Assembly: GCA_051362555.1 (NCBI GenBank)
Contig: CM120643.1
Coordinates: 17,240,848 to 17,304,847 of the forward strand
From: Lingula anatina
Taxonomy: Eukaryota; Animalia; Brachiopoda
Length of the DNA stretch: 64,000 bases
Direction: 5' to 3'
This document shows positions 25,233-37,299 of this stretch, one piece after another (position 1 is the first letter of the stretch; the number at the start of each line of letters is the position of its first letter). The position numbers were made by a program, and so were the translations under genes. Below the pieces are notes generated by a model. It saw nothing but the letters and a program-made list of their open reading frames with translations, did no database searches and was not told the origin of the DNA.

Positions 25233-27097
25233 AACAAGGCAGCAAAGCTGTCAAATGTACAGACAAAGAACAGAAAATAGAGATGCAAATAAGTGAAAAA
25301 TTAAATTTTCACAAAAAACTGTTAAATTGCCAGAAAAATTTACCAAACAGACTGCGTTGCCTATTGAAGCTGTATGTTAGACCCATGTTTCTTTCCTGTA
25401 AGTTTGAGAACAGTAAGTGACATGATTTCCCTTAAATGGTCATCATAGGAGCAGTACCCAAAATAGGGGTTTCTTCAAATTTTGATGCAACATTACATAA
25501 TGTTTAACAGCATAATGACAATCAAATGTTATTAATAAAATATTAGTAACATGGACATTCAGAAAATGTGACAAGCAAAAGTCTTCAAGATCATGGAACT
25601 TTAAAGTCACACCTTGAAAATGCCAATATGTGAAAAATTAAATTTTCACAAAAAACTGTTTAACTGCCAAAATAAATAAATAAATAAATAAATAAAAATA
25701 CCAAACAGCCTGAATTGCCTACTGAAGCTGCATTTTAGTCCCATGTTTCTTTCCTGTAAGTTTGAGAACAGTAAGTGACATGATTTTCCTTAAATGGTCA
25801 TCATGGAAGCAGTGCCCAAAATAGGGGTTTCTTCAAATTTTGATGCAATATTACATAATGTTTAACAGCTTAATGACCATCAATTTTTAATTATAAAATA
25901 TTTGTTTCACAGATATTCAGAAAATGTGACTAGCAAAGGTCTTCAGGCCCATGGAACTTCAAAGTCACGCCTTGAAAATGCCAAAATGTAAACAAGACAG
26001 CACTGTTCTGAAATGGGTTTATTTCCATTTTTAACACTTTTTTAACATAAAACAAAATAAACATTTTACTGCCATTTTATATGACCAACTAAGAAAATTG
26101 ATGAGATGGGAAAAGTATCAATAGAACAGTGTTAAATGTCCAATTTCCTCCATTCTGAGATTCTGAACATAGTGGATGATTGAATCTGAAAAACTGCAAT
26201 GATATGAGTTTATTTCCATTTTTGACACTTTATTACACAATACATGATAACAAGTTTACCATGTTTTTTACATAATCAACTAACAATGTTGTAAAGATGC
26301 AGGAAATATCAAACAAACACTTTTAGGCATCTTATTAGTTAAATAATGAGACTGTTAACATGCCTAATAATTGAATCTGAGGAAATGTGAAAAACAGTAT
26401 AACTTCTAAAATAATGGCCTGATTATGCTGATTTTCGAACTCAACCTGCGTTTTAGTAAGATTGACCACTCCTGTGAGTATGATTACAATTGGCCAATCC
26501 GTTTTTCTTATATTGTGTTATCAGTGTTGTATTTATATTGAAAATAGTGAAAAAACAGCATAAATTCCCTAAAAATGGCCCAATCATGCTGATTTTCGAA
26601 CTTGACCTGCGTATTATGAATATTCATCAGTTCTGTAAGTTTCAAGTCAAAAGGTAAAATGGTTTTCCACTTATCGTGTTATCGGTGCTGCATATATGCT
26701 GAAAAAAGTGAAAAAACAGCATAAATTCCCTAAAAGTGACCCGATCATGCTGATTTTCGAACTTGACCTGCATATTATGAATATTCATCAGTTCTGTAAG
26801 TTTCAAGGCAAAAGGTAAAATGGTTTTCCACTTATCGTGTTATCGGTGCTGCATATATGCTGAAAAAAGTGAAAAAACAGCATAAATTCCCTAAAAGTGA
26901 CCCGATCATGCTGATTTTCGAACTTGACCTGCGTATTATGAATATTCATCAGTTCTGCAAGTTTCAAGTCAAAAGGTAAAATGGTTTTCCACTTATCGTG
27001 TTATCGGTAAAAGTGCACGGCGACGACGGCGACGACGGCGACGACAGACGCAGATGATGGCTATATGTACAGACACATCTGTGTCTGTACATAAAAA
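25233..27097 (-). mobile_element. Helentron-associated interspersed element (HINE / DINE-1-like) with internal tandem-repeat array
   Basis: Perfect hairpin TATGTACAGACAC-atct-GTGTCTGTACATA (27064-27093) next to an A run. Adjacent (GACGGC/GACGAC) microsatellite. Four ~160-bp units (~26387, 26548, 26708, 26869) and two ~340-355-bp units (~25293, 25630). Matching subterminal IR ATGTACAGACA (25255-25265) followed outward by stem-loop GGCAGC-aaa-GCTGTC (25238-25252). Confidence 0.85.
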
Positions 27098-27174
27098 GCG
27101 GCATCGTAAGAGTATCAAATACCAAAGCCAACAGCACAAGGACACACGCCAAGTGTTTGTGTTTATTCTCTCAC

Positions 27175-27316
27175 CTCTCAGACACCCACTGCCCGGTGAT
27201 TTTGTTCATGGACTGGACAACCACGCGTTCCCGGCTAGCGTGTTCCGCCAGACTGCGACAAGTGCTCGTGACGTGGTTGACTTGGGTACCAGACGAACTC
27301 CCTTGCACCAAGACTA
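27175..27316 (-). CDS. APCDD1: APCDD1-like protein, exon 2 (142 nt; not in the ORF track)
   Basis: Acceptor ttttcttgttttag|TA (phase 1) and donor GAG AG|gtgaga (phase 2). Translation VVLVQGSSSGTQVNHVTSTCRSLAEHASRERVVVQSMNKITGQWVSER joins exon 3 to give G.WVS.RCEVRPGPEF, the canonical APCDD1 motif. Confidence 0.9.
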
Positions 27317-27790
27317 CTAAAACAAGAAAATATTATTTACTAAGAAATTTCATGTTGAAATTCAAAGTAATATAATACAGTCACTGTCTTACCACGCGTT
27401 GATGACTATCGGATAATGAAAATGTTTCCTTGTTTCCAAACTTTTATAACTATATGTTGAACTAGTGAAAACAGTAAAACTGACAAAACAAATTGTGCGG
27501 AATGCGAGTAGATAGATTGTAGAAACAACACAATCATGAAATAATTTTTCTTGTAACCTTCTTATTCCTGACGTACCAGTCCACTTAATCGTTTTAGAAA
27601 GGGGTGATTTATGAAAATAGTATTTTCTCGAGTGTGTTTCATCAAAGCTGATGACATGTCTAGCTGGTAATTGATTTTGCAATTATTATCAAAATATGAT
27701 CACGTTTGAAGAGAGAAGCGCTCGACCATATGTCTTCTTATTCTTATATTGGGCTCGTGATTAATGAATGGAGATATGCACAGAAGGTGA

Positions 27791-27834
<44 letters not shown>

Positions 27835-27835
<1 letters not shown>

Positions 27836-28099
27836 AGGGCCGTAGCCTCCAGGGGGGCAGGGGGGGCAGTTGCCCCCCTGAAATTTGAGGTGCAAAAAAA
27901 ATAATCGCAATTTCTGACTTCTGATTGAGCAATAAATAACAGTTAAAATGCACCAGAATGCAGTATTATACATACAGTTTTTAAAATTTTTCCACACCGT
28001 GGGACACCCCCTCCCACAACCTCCCCACTCAGGGGGCTTTGCCCCCTCGTGTCCGCTTACTGCCCCCCCCCCTGGCATTTTGCTTAGGCTACGGCCCTG
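27835..28099. mobile_element. Non-autonomous DNA transposon (MITE), CAGG...CCTG termini, 5-bp TSD
   Basis: 14-bp perfect TIR CAGGGCCGTAGCCT / AGGCTACGGCCCTG; CTCAA duplicated at 27830-34 and 28100-04; G/C-run subterminal motifs. Confidence 0.85.
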
Positions 28100-31000
28100 C
28101 TCAACAAAATGTATTACACGTTACATATGATTTGCATGCAGTACCCATACAGTCCACTGGGAGAATACTGCAAACCCTGTATCTCTGCTGGCAGTTGAAG
28201 CTTATAACGATTTTCAGTCGGTTGGATAGAAATGCATCGTTGCCAAAACGTAAAATTTTCCTAGTGCACTACAAAGCAGAGAAAGAGACTTCGCATCCTT
28301 GTTAACCCCGAAAAACTATTTTTTCGAGCTCTCATCGATTGTTGGCAGGGAAACCCAGCAATAAAGTACTCGCAATTACAACCACTTGAGCAGAGCAATC
28401 AGAGAAACCGGGGAAATAATTCGTTAGACCCTCCCATGCTTTGAGTTACTTTCGTCCTTTTCAGGGCCACTTGGTCCCCTCGTCTATGCCCAGGAATAGG
28501 GTTTCTAGGCAAACTCGAATACATGTATTTCCTCCCCATTTGACTCAATTTGGTCGGATAACAAGACTCTAATTGCTGTATACAAATCAGAATCGACACA
28601 AATAACAAGGCATGTGTTTGATTAGCAGTCTCCACGATACATACAGTACAGCCGTCGTCTTATTAGCACCGGTAGAATACGATGTTACCCGCAAGAACTT
28701 GAGTGATACAAAATTCAATTAGTAGGCGCGCATCTCTTCTTTCAATTCACTAACATTTGCGGATGGAGCTCAAGGGGTGGTCCCCCCGACCGAAAAGAAA
28801 AGATTGCTTTAATGATGTTTAACTACAGGTACATGAAAATTCCGGCAGCCTGGTTCTAGCTGTTTTTTTTTATTCACAGACCGCCATGTGTTGAAGTTAA
28901 CTGTGCCTCTCAAGCTATTCGTACATAGCTGTCTTGCCATACGTCTGTTATTCTGGGTACTTTCAGGAATTGAACTCCACGTTTTGTTAGAAAATCGGGT
29001 ATTCTGGAGAAGCTATTTTTTCTGGCAAACATTACACACACAAACGCGCGCGCACAAAAACATACAAAGAGAGAGACAGAGATACTCAAGTTTTACAAAA
29101 GGACATATTCGACCAAAAGAAAACCCTTTGCATGCGCTTCAACATGTAAATTGTCAGATGTTAATATGTTGGCAAATTATTGTCCTGGTAACATGAATAA
29201 ATTCGTTCACTGAATCACAGGAACACGACATCTCGGCGCTGCTAATTCCGAGCACCACAATCAAACATGTTTACCATGAGCTTATTAGCAATCTCCTATC
29301 ATTTGATACGAAGCGATTATTTGATACGTGCGGATTTCGAGCTGCTGTGTTCATGTATGTTTAATTTGCAGCAGCAGATCTGTTTTACATGCAAGATTTG
29401 GAAGGGAGTTCCCTGCTTTCAGAGAAACGTTATCTACCATAAATATTTACTGAGACAGAACTTCGAATGTCGGATAACAATTGTATCAAATAGCGTTATC
29501 AAAATGCAATAGTATCATTCATGTTATATTATAGGGGTTTGGTGTTTTAGTTTAAATCAACAGAGAGAGAGAGGGGTGGGGGAGAAGCAAGAGAATACAG
29601 TATCCACTAAAACATGTACAACCAGCAGGATATGAAAAAGCCATCTATAAATTTGCTGTACATTTCCTATTTCTCGAATTACACATATTACACATTACGT
29701 ACATCAGAGCTATTATTTCGTTGTCGCCCATAAACACTTTTAACGACACGCATCAATTCAGCATCCCATTAAACGCATCATAAAATCAGCAATTAAATCA
29801 GGCAAGCGGCCAAAGGTTCGATGTTATTCAATCTATTTATACAACACTTCAAAGTGACAAGGCGACAGCGTTCATCCCATTAAATTTAGATAGTGTATAT
29901 TATTAATGGACAAAGCAGCTCGAGTTGCTCACCAGCCTACGACTAATGATATTATTTGAAAGGAACAAATGAATGACCAGACTGGAAACTACACTGTGTA
30001 TGTGTTAGATGACCGCGGTCTTAGAGCGCCTTAATGTGACATAGTTGCGTTCACTCAAAATTGGCTTCGACCGCCACAAGACCACTAAAAGGTGCGTCCA
30101 GACATGGAGGGAATGGACCGGGCAGTTGAGATGCCGCTGCCAAAGACTTGTATGGTATGAAAATCTATGCATGGAATTCGACAGAAGTTTACATATAGAA
30201 TGTAGAACGGGGGAAAGCGGTCGATTTATAAAATCAATCTCGCCAAAAAGAAACTTTTAGACCATTGCCCTTGCTGCAATCAGGTGGGCTTCAGAAGTAT
30301 ACCGCACGACAGACAACCGAATCAATCCAACATCAATTTTAATGCCCGAAAAACCTCACAGTGCTCCCACTCTGCTCCGCCTGTAGTCCAAAGTGTGCGT
30401 CGGCCTATATGTGAAGGAAGCCTATAAGGATAAACCAAATGTGAAACACAAACTCCTTCGTCGTTTAGTAAATTATTCATCATCCAGCGAGCTAGCTAGC
30501 GGCCCCCATAATGATCCGTGAGAAGCGAACACCAGGGACGGGTGATTAGCTCAACGGGACAGATAAACAGCGTTTTGCTCTTCGCAAGACCTTTTTCATT
30601 TGTCAGGGGAAATGAATATCTTTTAATAAGGCCTTGTTCTAAATTGTTATCCCAGGCTTTCGCTTCCATGTCGATGATTGCAGCATAGATTTTGACAGAA
30701 AATGAAACGTAGACTTAATGCGGATTAATACAGCTGTAAAGAATACGACGCTTGTGGTAGTATAGACCTTGATCGCGTTGCACCGAGGGGTCTTGGGGTT
30801 TATGTCGGTCGTTGGGGGTGGGGTTTGGTACACGATAAAAGAGTACAGGATAAAAGAGTAAAATATCAATCTGTCTCGCTTTACAGTGAACAAGTGCTTT
30901 TAAAACTCACAGCAATAATGAAAAAAAGGGAGAAAAAAAATAGAAGAAGAAGAAGAAGAAGGAGAAGAAGAAAAAGAAGCAGAGGAGGAACGCTCCGCCA

Positions 31001-31196
31001 GTCTCCTTCCTTCGCCTTGATTTTCAGCAATTACTACAAACAACGAAGTCATGCGGATAGAGGAGCGTTGTTTTCAGTTTTCTCTGTATCTCTGGGTGCC
31101 CCATATGCCTGAGTGGTTAAATCCACAGAAAATTTTAAGTCAATTAAAGCGTACATCTTCACATTTTCAACCGGTATATTCAGTTTTAACTTACAG

Positions 31197-31343
31197 CAGG
31201 CCTACCCAACTACCAGACTCGGCACCTAAGGATCCTGAATTAACCGGTATATCGGACCACACTACCCGTTTTCAAGGTGTGTGTCCGATATACCGGTTAA
31301 TTCAGGATCCTTAGGTGCCGAGTCTGGTAGTTGGGTAGGCCTG
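31197..31343. mobile_element. Perfect foldback element, CAGG...CCTG termini, 6-bp TSD
   Basis: 61-bp perfect inverted arms (31197-31257 / 31283-31343) around a 25-nt spacer; TTACAG duplicated at 31191-96 and 31344-49. Confidence 0.88.
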
Positions 31344-31803
31344 TTACAGGGGTAAGATGAATCTACAAAGTAACACCGAGTTCTTTGCCAACCTGCAAAC
31401 GGGTAAACGGTTACCACTTCTTCAAGGTGTAAAAATGCGGACTCTCAATTTTTGTTCATCGTTAAAAATATGAAGTAGTAAACTGTACATAAGGCAACTG
31501 AAAACAATCGAAAACAAAGGAAATTGAAGTATTAGTTTCAATTTTTAAGTCGAGAAAGAACCCTTGGCAATGCCCTTAAGCTTTTCTCCAGCAGACGGCA
31601 CGGAAAGTATCCGAACAGATTATTGATGTTATAAATGTAATATACTGCTTACAAATACACTCCAATGACTCACCCATTATCACAATGTTACTGCACTCGC
31701 ATGGTCATTAGTTTTCATTACAAAATCTCTGGTTTTGATACGTACAATGTGTGGAGAACCTGGGAGCAAATACCGTGACACTTCCTGCTAAAATATTGTT
31801 TGT

Positions 31804-31845
<42 letters not shown>

Positions 31846-32986
31846 GAGATCCAGAATTTTCAGCGCATTTAGCAGGAATAGGTCACGTTATGATTAATTT
31901 TGATTTTATTCTTTACTTTGATTTTGAACACAAAGCCCCCCCCCCTACGAATGTGTCTGTCACCAAAGCCTGGCATTTTATTTTTCCCCCGTTTTGCTAA
32001 GTTTCATCTAGTCCGTAAAAATAATCAAGACCATATTTCATAACATTTTCTGATGTAAATCAGAAAATCATTGTGCTAAGCAAACTTTTGAATTATTTTA
32101 TAGCGCGTGCGCGCACGTGCACCCATTCAAGCACATGCGCAAAAGCACTCCTTTTTAAATTCTGAATTAGTCGAAACATCAGGCTGATGAGTCTCCCAGG
32201 TAGCTCTGCCAGATCAAGGCAAGTGCACGTTGGGTGCTCGGCGTGACACAACCTGTGAACCGCAGGGTGCCGAGACTACACCTGTCACCTTGGCCTGCGT
32301 TGCTGTGATAACAGTTTTAACAGTACTTCTAATGTGCGCCGTCTGTTTTTCACGCCGTGCTAAACTGAGTTCACCCTGTGCTAGGACGAATATTCGTTTA
32401 ATTCGTCCAAGCCCTGTGTTTTATTTAGATGCAGTGCTGGTGCTGACAATGCGTTCACGAAGTCTTCTATACAAGTATTATGTTCATGAGACATTTGTGG
32501 AGTCCAGTTTTAGCAAATAATTTTTATTATTCTGATGATGATGATGATGATGATGATGGTGATGATGATGTTGTACATTGGAATAATAGCACAGGATTGG
32601 AAACAAGCCAAGAAAATCATTGTAATGTCATTGTTATTGCAATCCATCAAACACCAGTCGACTAAACACATCAGCTAAGCGCTACAAGCAGGGTGATTTA
32701 ATATTAACTTAATCCCAACTTCGCAGGAATGAATCCGTCGTCGAGCACATATGCGACCGACGCGACCAGGTTGATCAAATAATGCGAAATTACACGTAAG
32801 GAAATGTGGCTTCATATTCATGTGAACAGTCAACAAAATATACTGTATAATGACCGAATGCTAGGCACGGTATAAATTCTCATTAATATAGTGAAAACAT
32901 TGGGACCTAGAAGAACAATATGTGACAGGCAGACGAATTTAAGGGGGTTTACACTTGGGATTGTGGAGCGATCTTCGTGCAAATAA

Positions 32987-33181
32987 GGCCCAGGTTTAAA
33001 AAAAAAAAAAAAAAAAAAAACTTAAGTTAGTTCTAGCAGCTAACATAGTGGTTTTGTTACCACGCTACATGGTCAATTACACACATCTTACCCTATCAGG
33101 AACAGTGTTACAACACTCTCATGGAAACCCTTGTCACCTAAGCCAGTGAACTGACTTAAGAATTTTTGTGATACCGGGACC
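32987..33181. mobile_element. Degenerate MITE with poly(A) expansion in left TIR
   Basis: The right end reverse-complements to GGTCCCGGTATCACAAAAATTCTTAAGTCAGTTC; the left end reads GGCCCAGGTTT(A)23CTTAAGTTAGTTC. Confidence 0.55.
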
Positions 33182-36100
33182 AGGACTAAGTTCTTATTTA
33201 TCAAACATCAGAGAGGCCATCACTCTAATTATATTGAAACACGTTTTTCATTGTCTCCTATTTACTGATGATAAAAAAGAGTCGATTAGGGATAAAATTG
33301 TTTTGTCTCATGGGTAGTGAACACGTTCAGTCCCTCAGACACTTAAGGACACATAAGTTTTTTTGTTTTGTTTTACCAATTCCACTTACGCTTGCATCTT
33401 AAAATAAAGGAATATTTTGTCGTAAAACAATTGGGAGATTGCTTTTTACCGTGAAGACGACTTGATACATTGATTTTCATAACAAGACTTCACTAAATCA
33501 TGTTTCAAACGTTTTAAACACTTTATCTTCAATTGGCGTAAAAAAATAAATATCGGAATTCAAGATAACGCACGCAAACTTAAAATGGTGAAAGATCGCG
33601 AAGAAGTTTCATTGGCGAAACGAAATGTCAAAAGATATTTAGATTTTGACGTGGAGATTGCTTACAATTTTTTGAAAGATTTAATTTAATGAAGTCGAAC
33701 GTAAAGAGAAATAGTGCAGTGATGCATTCAAATAAACTTCATGGACGTGGCCCATTGGGTCCTTGTAATTCGCTCCATGTGGTTCTAAGATAGAATAGAA
33801 TAACCATAATGTGTAAACGCGCCCATTACCCCTTCTCTTATCATACATGTATCATGCTTTAAGTGCACCATACTGCTATTAATAACGGTAATCTATATAC
33901 TCAGCAAAAGTCGAGTCAAACCAGGTTCGCATCAAGATCAGTCAAGGGATAGTTAAGTGTAAATGCTCCTTTTTATACCCGTCTATGCACATCACCAGTT
34001 TATAACTTTTAATAGACGCGGCATCACATTTTTCAAAGGACTGCTTGTTGAGGGAGAACCGCAGCATAGCTCCCGTCATCGTTTTTCACGCGTAATTACA
34101 GCCTTATCGGGTTAAAGCGAATATTAAAAATCTTACCTTTCTGACTCACCTTGAATTTGAGATAAATGACGGTAAGAAAAGTACCCCGGCAGCGTTCAAA
34201 AAATCATCCTGATCACCTCGGATGTTTTCTCTACTGTCGGTCTTAAAACTTATTTTTCTGGCTTTTTCTTTTGCTTTCTTTTCTGTCAATACATTTTTCT
34301 TTTTTTCTTTCTTTCCTTTTTAGAGGGGGAGGGGGGAGGTAGACCCAATATCAGCTTTCGTCCTTAACACATTGCAGAAACGTATCAGCAATATTTCGAA
34401 AGCAAGGGCCAGTTCCGCAAGACAAGTTATGACCGAAAATGTCACAACTAGCTGGTTCATTCAAAATGGAATATTAAGGTGCATTCAAAATAATAAAGCA
34501 GAAGCTAAAATTTAATACCAAAAGTCACTTTATTCTAGTACATTGCTAAGGATTAAGGCTCTTGAATTGAAGTAGACCGAAATTTTCTGTCTTAAATTTA
34601 GGACCAACAGACTACTTAACGTCACTGTAGCATGTCACCCCGTGTACCACAGTGTAAAGTTCACAAAACAGGCTAAAATCGATGTACCACGTGGAGTACA
34701 CTAGTTCACAATCTCAGGGTGTCTGTTATTGCGGTAAAAAGGAAGAAAACAATGAGAGTTGTTTAAATTCCAGATAAGATAAGATCTCAGTTGTAACCGT
34801 ATTAAATGTATCAAAATTCATCTTTGAGCATGAACAAGTGGTTGTAGCAATTCGTCAGTGTCGTGGAGAAATATTTTTTTATCTTGTGGGACAATCAGTG
34901 GTCGTTTCCTGTAGAAAAGGCACGCGTGAATGCGTGCGTGCTTGCGCCTGAGTGCCTGCCCCTGAATGTTTGTGTGCGTGTGACTGTATTTGTATACTTC
35001 ATGTTAAGACGTTCACGTACACGATAATTACAGTTTAAGTCGGAAGGTATTTGCGATGCACACGTCATGTTGGATTTTTCACTGCTCACCTTAAGGGAAT
35101 GAACGCGTTTAACTTTCGTGCAATCCATTTTGCAGCAAGTATTGTGAGTTAGTGCGTAATACGTCGCGTGCAGACAGAAAGTGACGTAACTGAGAGACGC
35201 AACCGCGCTGCGGCACTTCAAAGCCTCTCGTGTCGTTACCCATCAAGACGAGAGCGCTCTTCAGGAACTTCAAACCCTTTCGGGAAATAAGACATTAAGC
35301 ATTTTATTTAAAAACCGTCTGGACTGGCCCGAAGGCAATCGTTCAGAGAGAGAGAGAGAGAGAGACGCGTAATTATCTTATCCATGTAGCATTCAATTCT
35401 GGAAAAAGATTCGCCGCTTTCGCCACGTCTTTTATTAGTAAAGCATTCTTGGAAAAATTGGCAGAATCTTGACCAGGGGAAAGGTAAAAAAATTCCAATA
35501 GCATTTCTCGGCAAAATATCAGAAATAGTGGAAAAAGCTCTGGGTAATAACGAGTTTTCAATTTAGGACAGTCCGATGAAACAAATTGGAAATTTGCGCT
35601 TAACGAAGTGTCCATCACAAAATCTGAAGAGAATGATCCCGGTAAAAGATGGGGATTGGAAAATAAATCTTTTAAATTACTGTGATACAGAATTTTTTGT
35701 AAGGGAGCTTCACCTTGATGGCACATTGTGTCGTAGTCGTCTTCTTACCTTTAATATTTTGCAAAAAAAAAAAAAAAATAAAGTCTCAAGAGCGATTTAA
35801 AATCTCAACGGAGAAACATCCCATCACGTTGAGGTTTCTCGGAGAATTTCTCGAAAAATAACAAGAAAACAAAGGAGTTTATCGTCCCTCTTTCAACCGG
35901 TCAGGCGCCATATATATTGGAGTTATTCCATTTCTGTATAGTTTAACGTCTACTGGTAGTAGCAGGTTGTTGTACACATGTGTCTCGACCTGGAACTGGG
36001 CTCTGTTAAAAGGTGGGCATCTTCATTTTCTTGACAAGTTATATAATTATTTTCAACCCGAGCGATCAAAATACCCTTATTTATTATAGAGCGACCCAGC

Positions 36101-37240
36101 ATTTTTCACCGGAGACCTTTGAAGGGTATCATTAAGGCAGTTCTATATCTCCCATTGGTAATGGAGGAACTTGGTTCATATGATATACTGGAAGAAATGT
36201 TTTTTCTTTTCAGAAAATTAAAGACGACGACTTCACCCATCCCGCATATAGGATTCAGATGCCTCTGTGGTATATGGGGATTGGTAGTGGAATTAACGCG
36301 ACTGTACACGGTTTAACTGGATTCAAATGGCTTTACCCCGGGTTCCACGGTCTGCGAGAGGTTGTTCATTAACACGTGCTCTCTGCTTCGCCGATTTTTA
36401 TGAACTGAGGAAGAATTTTTTCAAAGATTTGAAAAGTACACCGCGATTTACCCCGTTCCGTGTCATAAACGGGTATATTTTCTTCTCGTTATTGAATGGA
36501 CCTTATTAAAAGATATCCTCTTGGTTTACGTAGCGTTTTGTGCCTCTGTCGAACACGGTGCACAGACATTTAACAAATATGCCACTTTGTTACAAGTTGT
36601 CATTATACCCCTGTCAATATAACGCAATACTAACAGTATACATGTTACTGACATCGGGGACGCCGAAGAAACACAGGGGAAAAATGAACATTTTCCGTGT
36701 TAACACACAGCTTAACCTACGTGTATTAAACCACGTAGGATCTCTTGTATCTCTCTCTTTAACTATTTTGGTGTTAAGATAATAAACATAGTCATCGTAG
36801 AGTAATGGTACAAGAGAGACTAACAGGAAAAGGTATAGAGAAATATTTCAGGGAGCGCAGATTTCACAGCCCTACTGATGTTGCACAGTTCTCGTTGTGT
36901 CCCTTAAAATACCTCGTCTCTTTTACGGATTGATAATGATATGATATCTGTTTGATAATATCTAACTCGAAGTCTGATCTATCTACTCTCTTGTATTAAG
37001 TCTGCATATCTAACTCTTACTTCTTCGATGAAAAATTGCCAAGAAATTAGGAGAGGCTTATTCTCTATCCTTTTCTGGGTTAGATAGTCATCGCTCCTCA
37101 TCAAAGTCTTATTAGAAACCTGCACACTATACTCGCATTAGTACATATACCCAATACAACTTTCAGTTTAGTTCCTTGCCTCCACAATTTAAGAGCTAAA
37201 CAAAACCCAAGGCCCAGTGCGCGGTTAACATAACACTTAC

Positions 37241-37298
37241 CTGCTAGCCAGATGAGACGGCAAAGAGCTACATATAGCGAACCACCTGATAGCTCCAT
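37241..37298 (-). CDS. APCDD1: APCDD1-like protein, coding exon 1 (signal peptide)
   Basis: ATG at 37298 encodes MELSGGSLYVALCRLIWLA and ends at the consensus donor CAG|gtaagt (phase 1). Splicing to exon 2 gives the signal peptide ...LIWLAVVLVQG/SS and an open 497-aa product. Confidence 0.75.
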
Positions 37299-37299
37299 C

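Noticed and set aside
26585-26955. Hammerhead-ribozyme-like CTGATGA...CGAAA on the minus strand of the 160-bp repeat units
   Set aside because: Stem II cannot close (A opposite C) and no valid UH cleavage triplet follows stem III; the match is coincidental.
26387-27010. Regularly spaced repeats as a CRISPR array
   Set aside because: The units are wholly repeated with no unique spacers, there are no cas genes, and the context is eukaryotic.
28420-28570. Possible SINE central-domain remnant
   Set aside because: Only a vague resemblance from memory; no Pol III boxes, tail or TSD could be shown.
32170-32197. GAAA...CTGATGAG motif suggesting a permuted hammerhead
   Set aside because: The spacing is too short to form stems I and III, and there are no complementary stem II arms.
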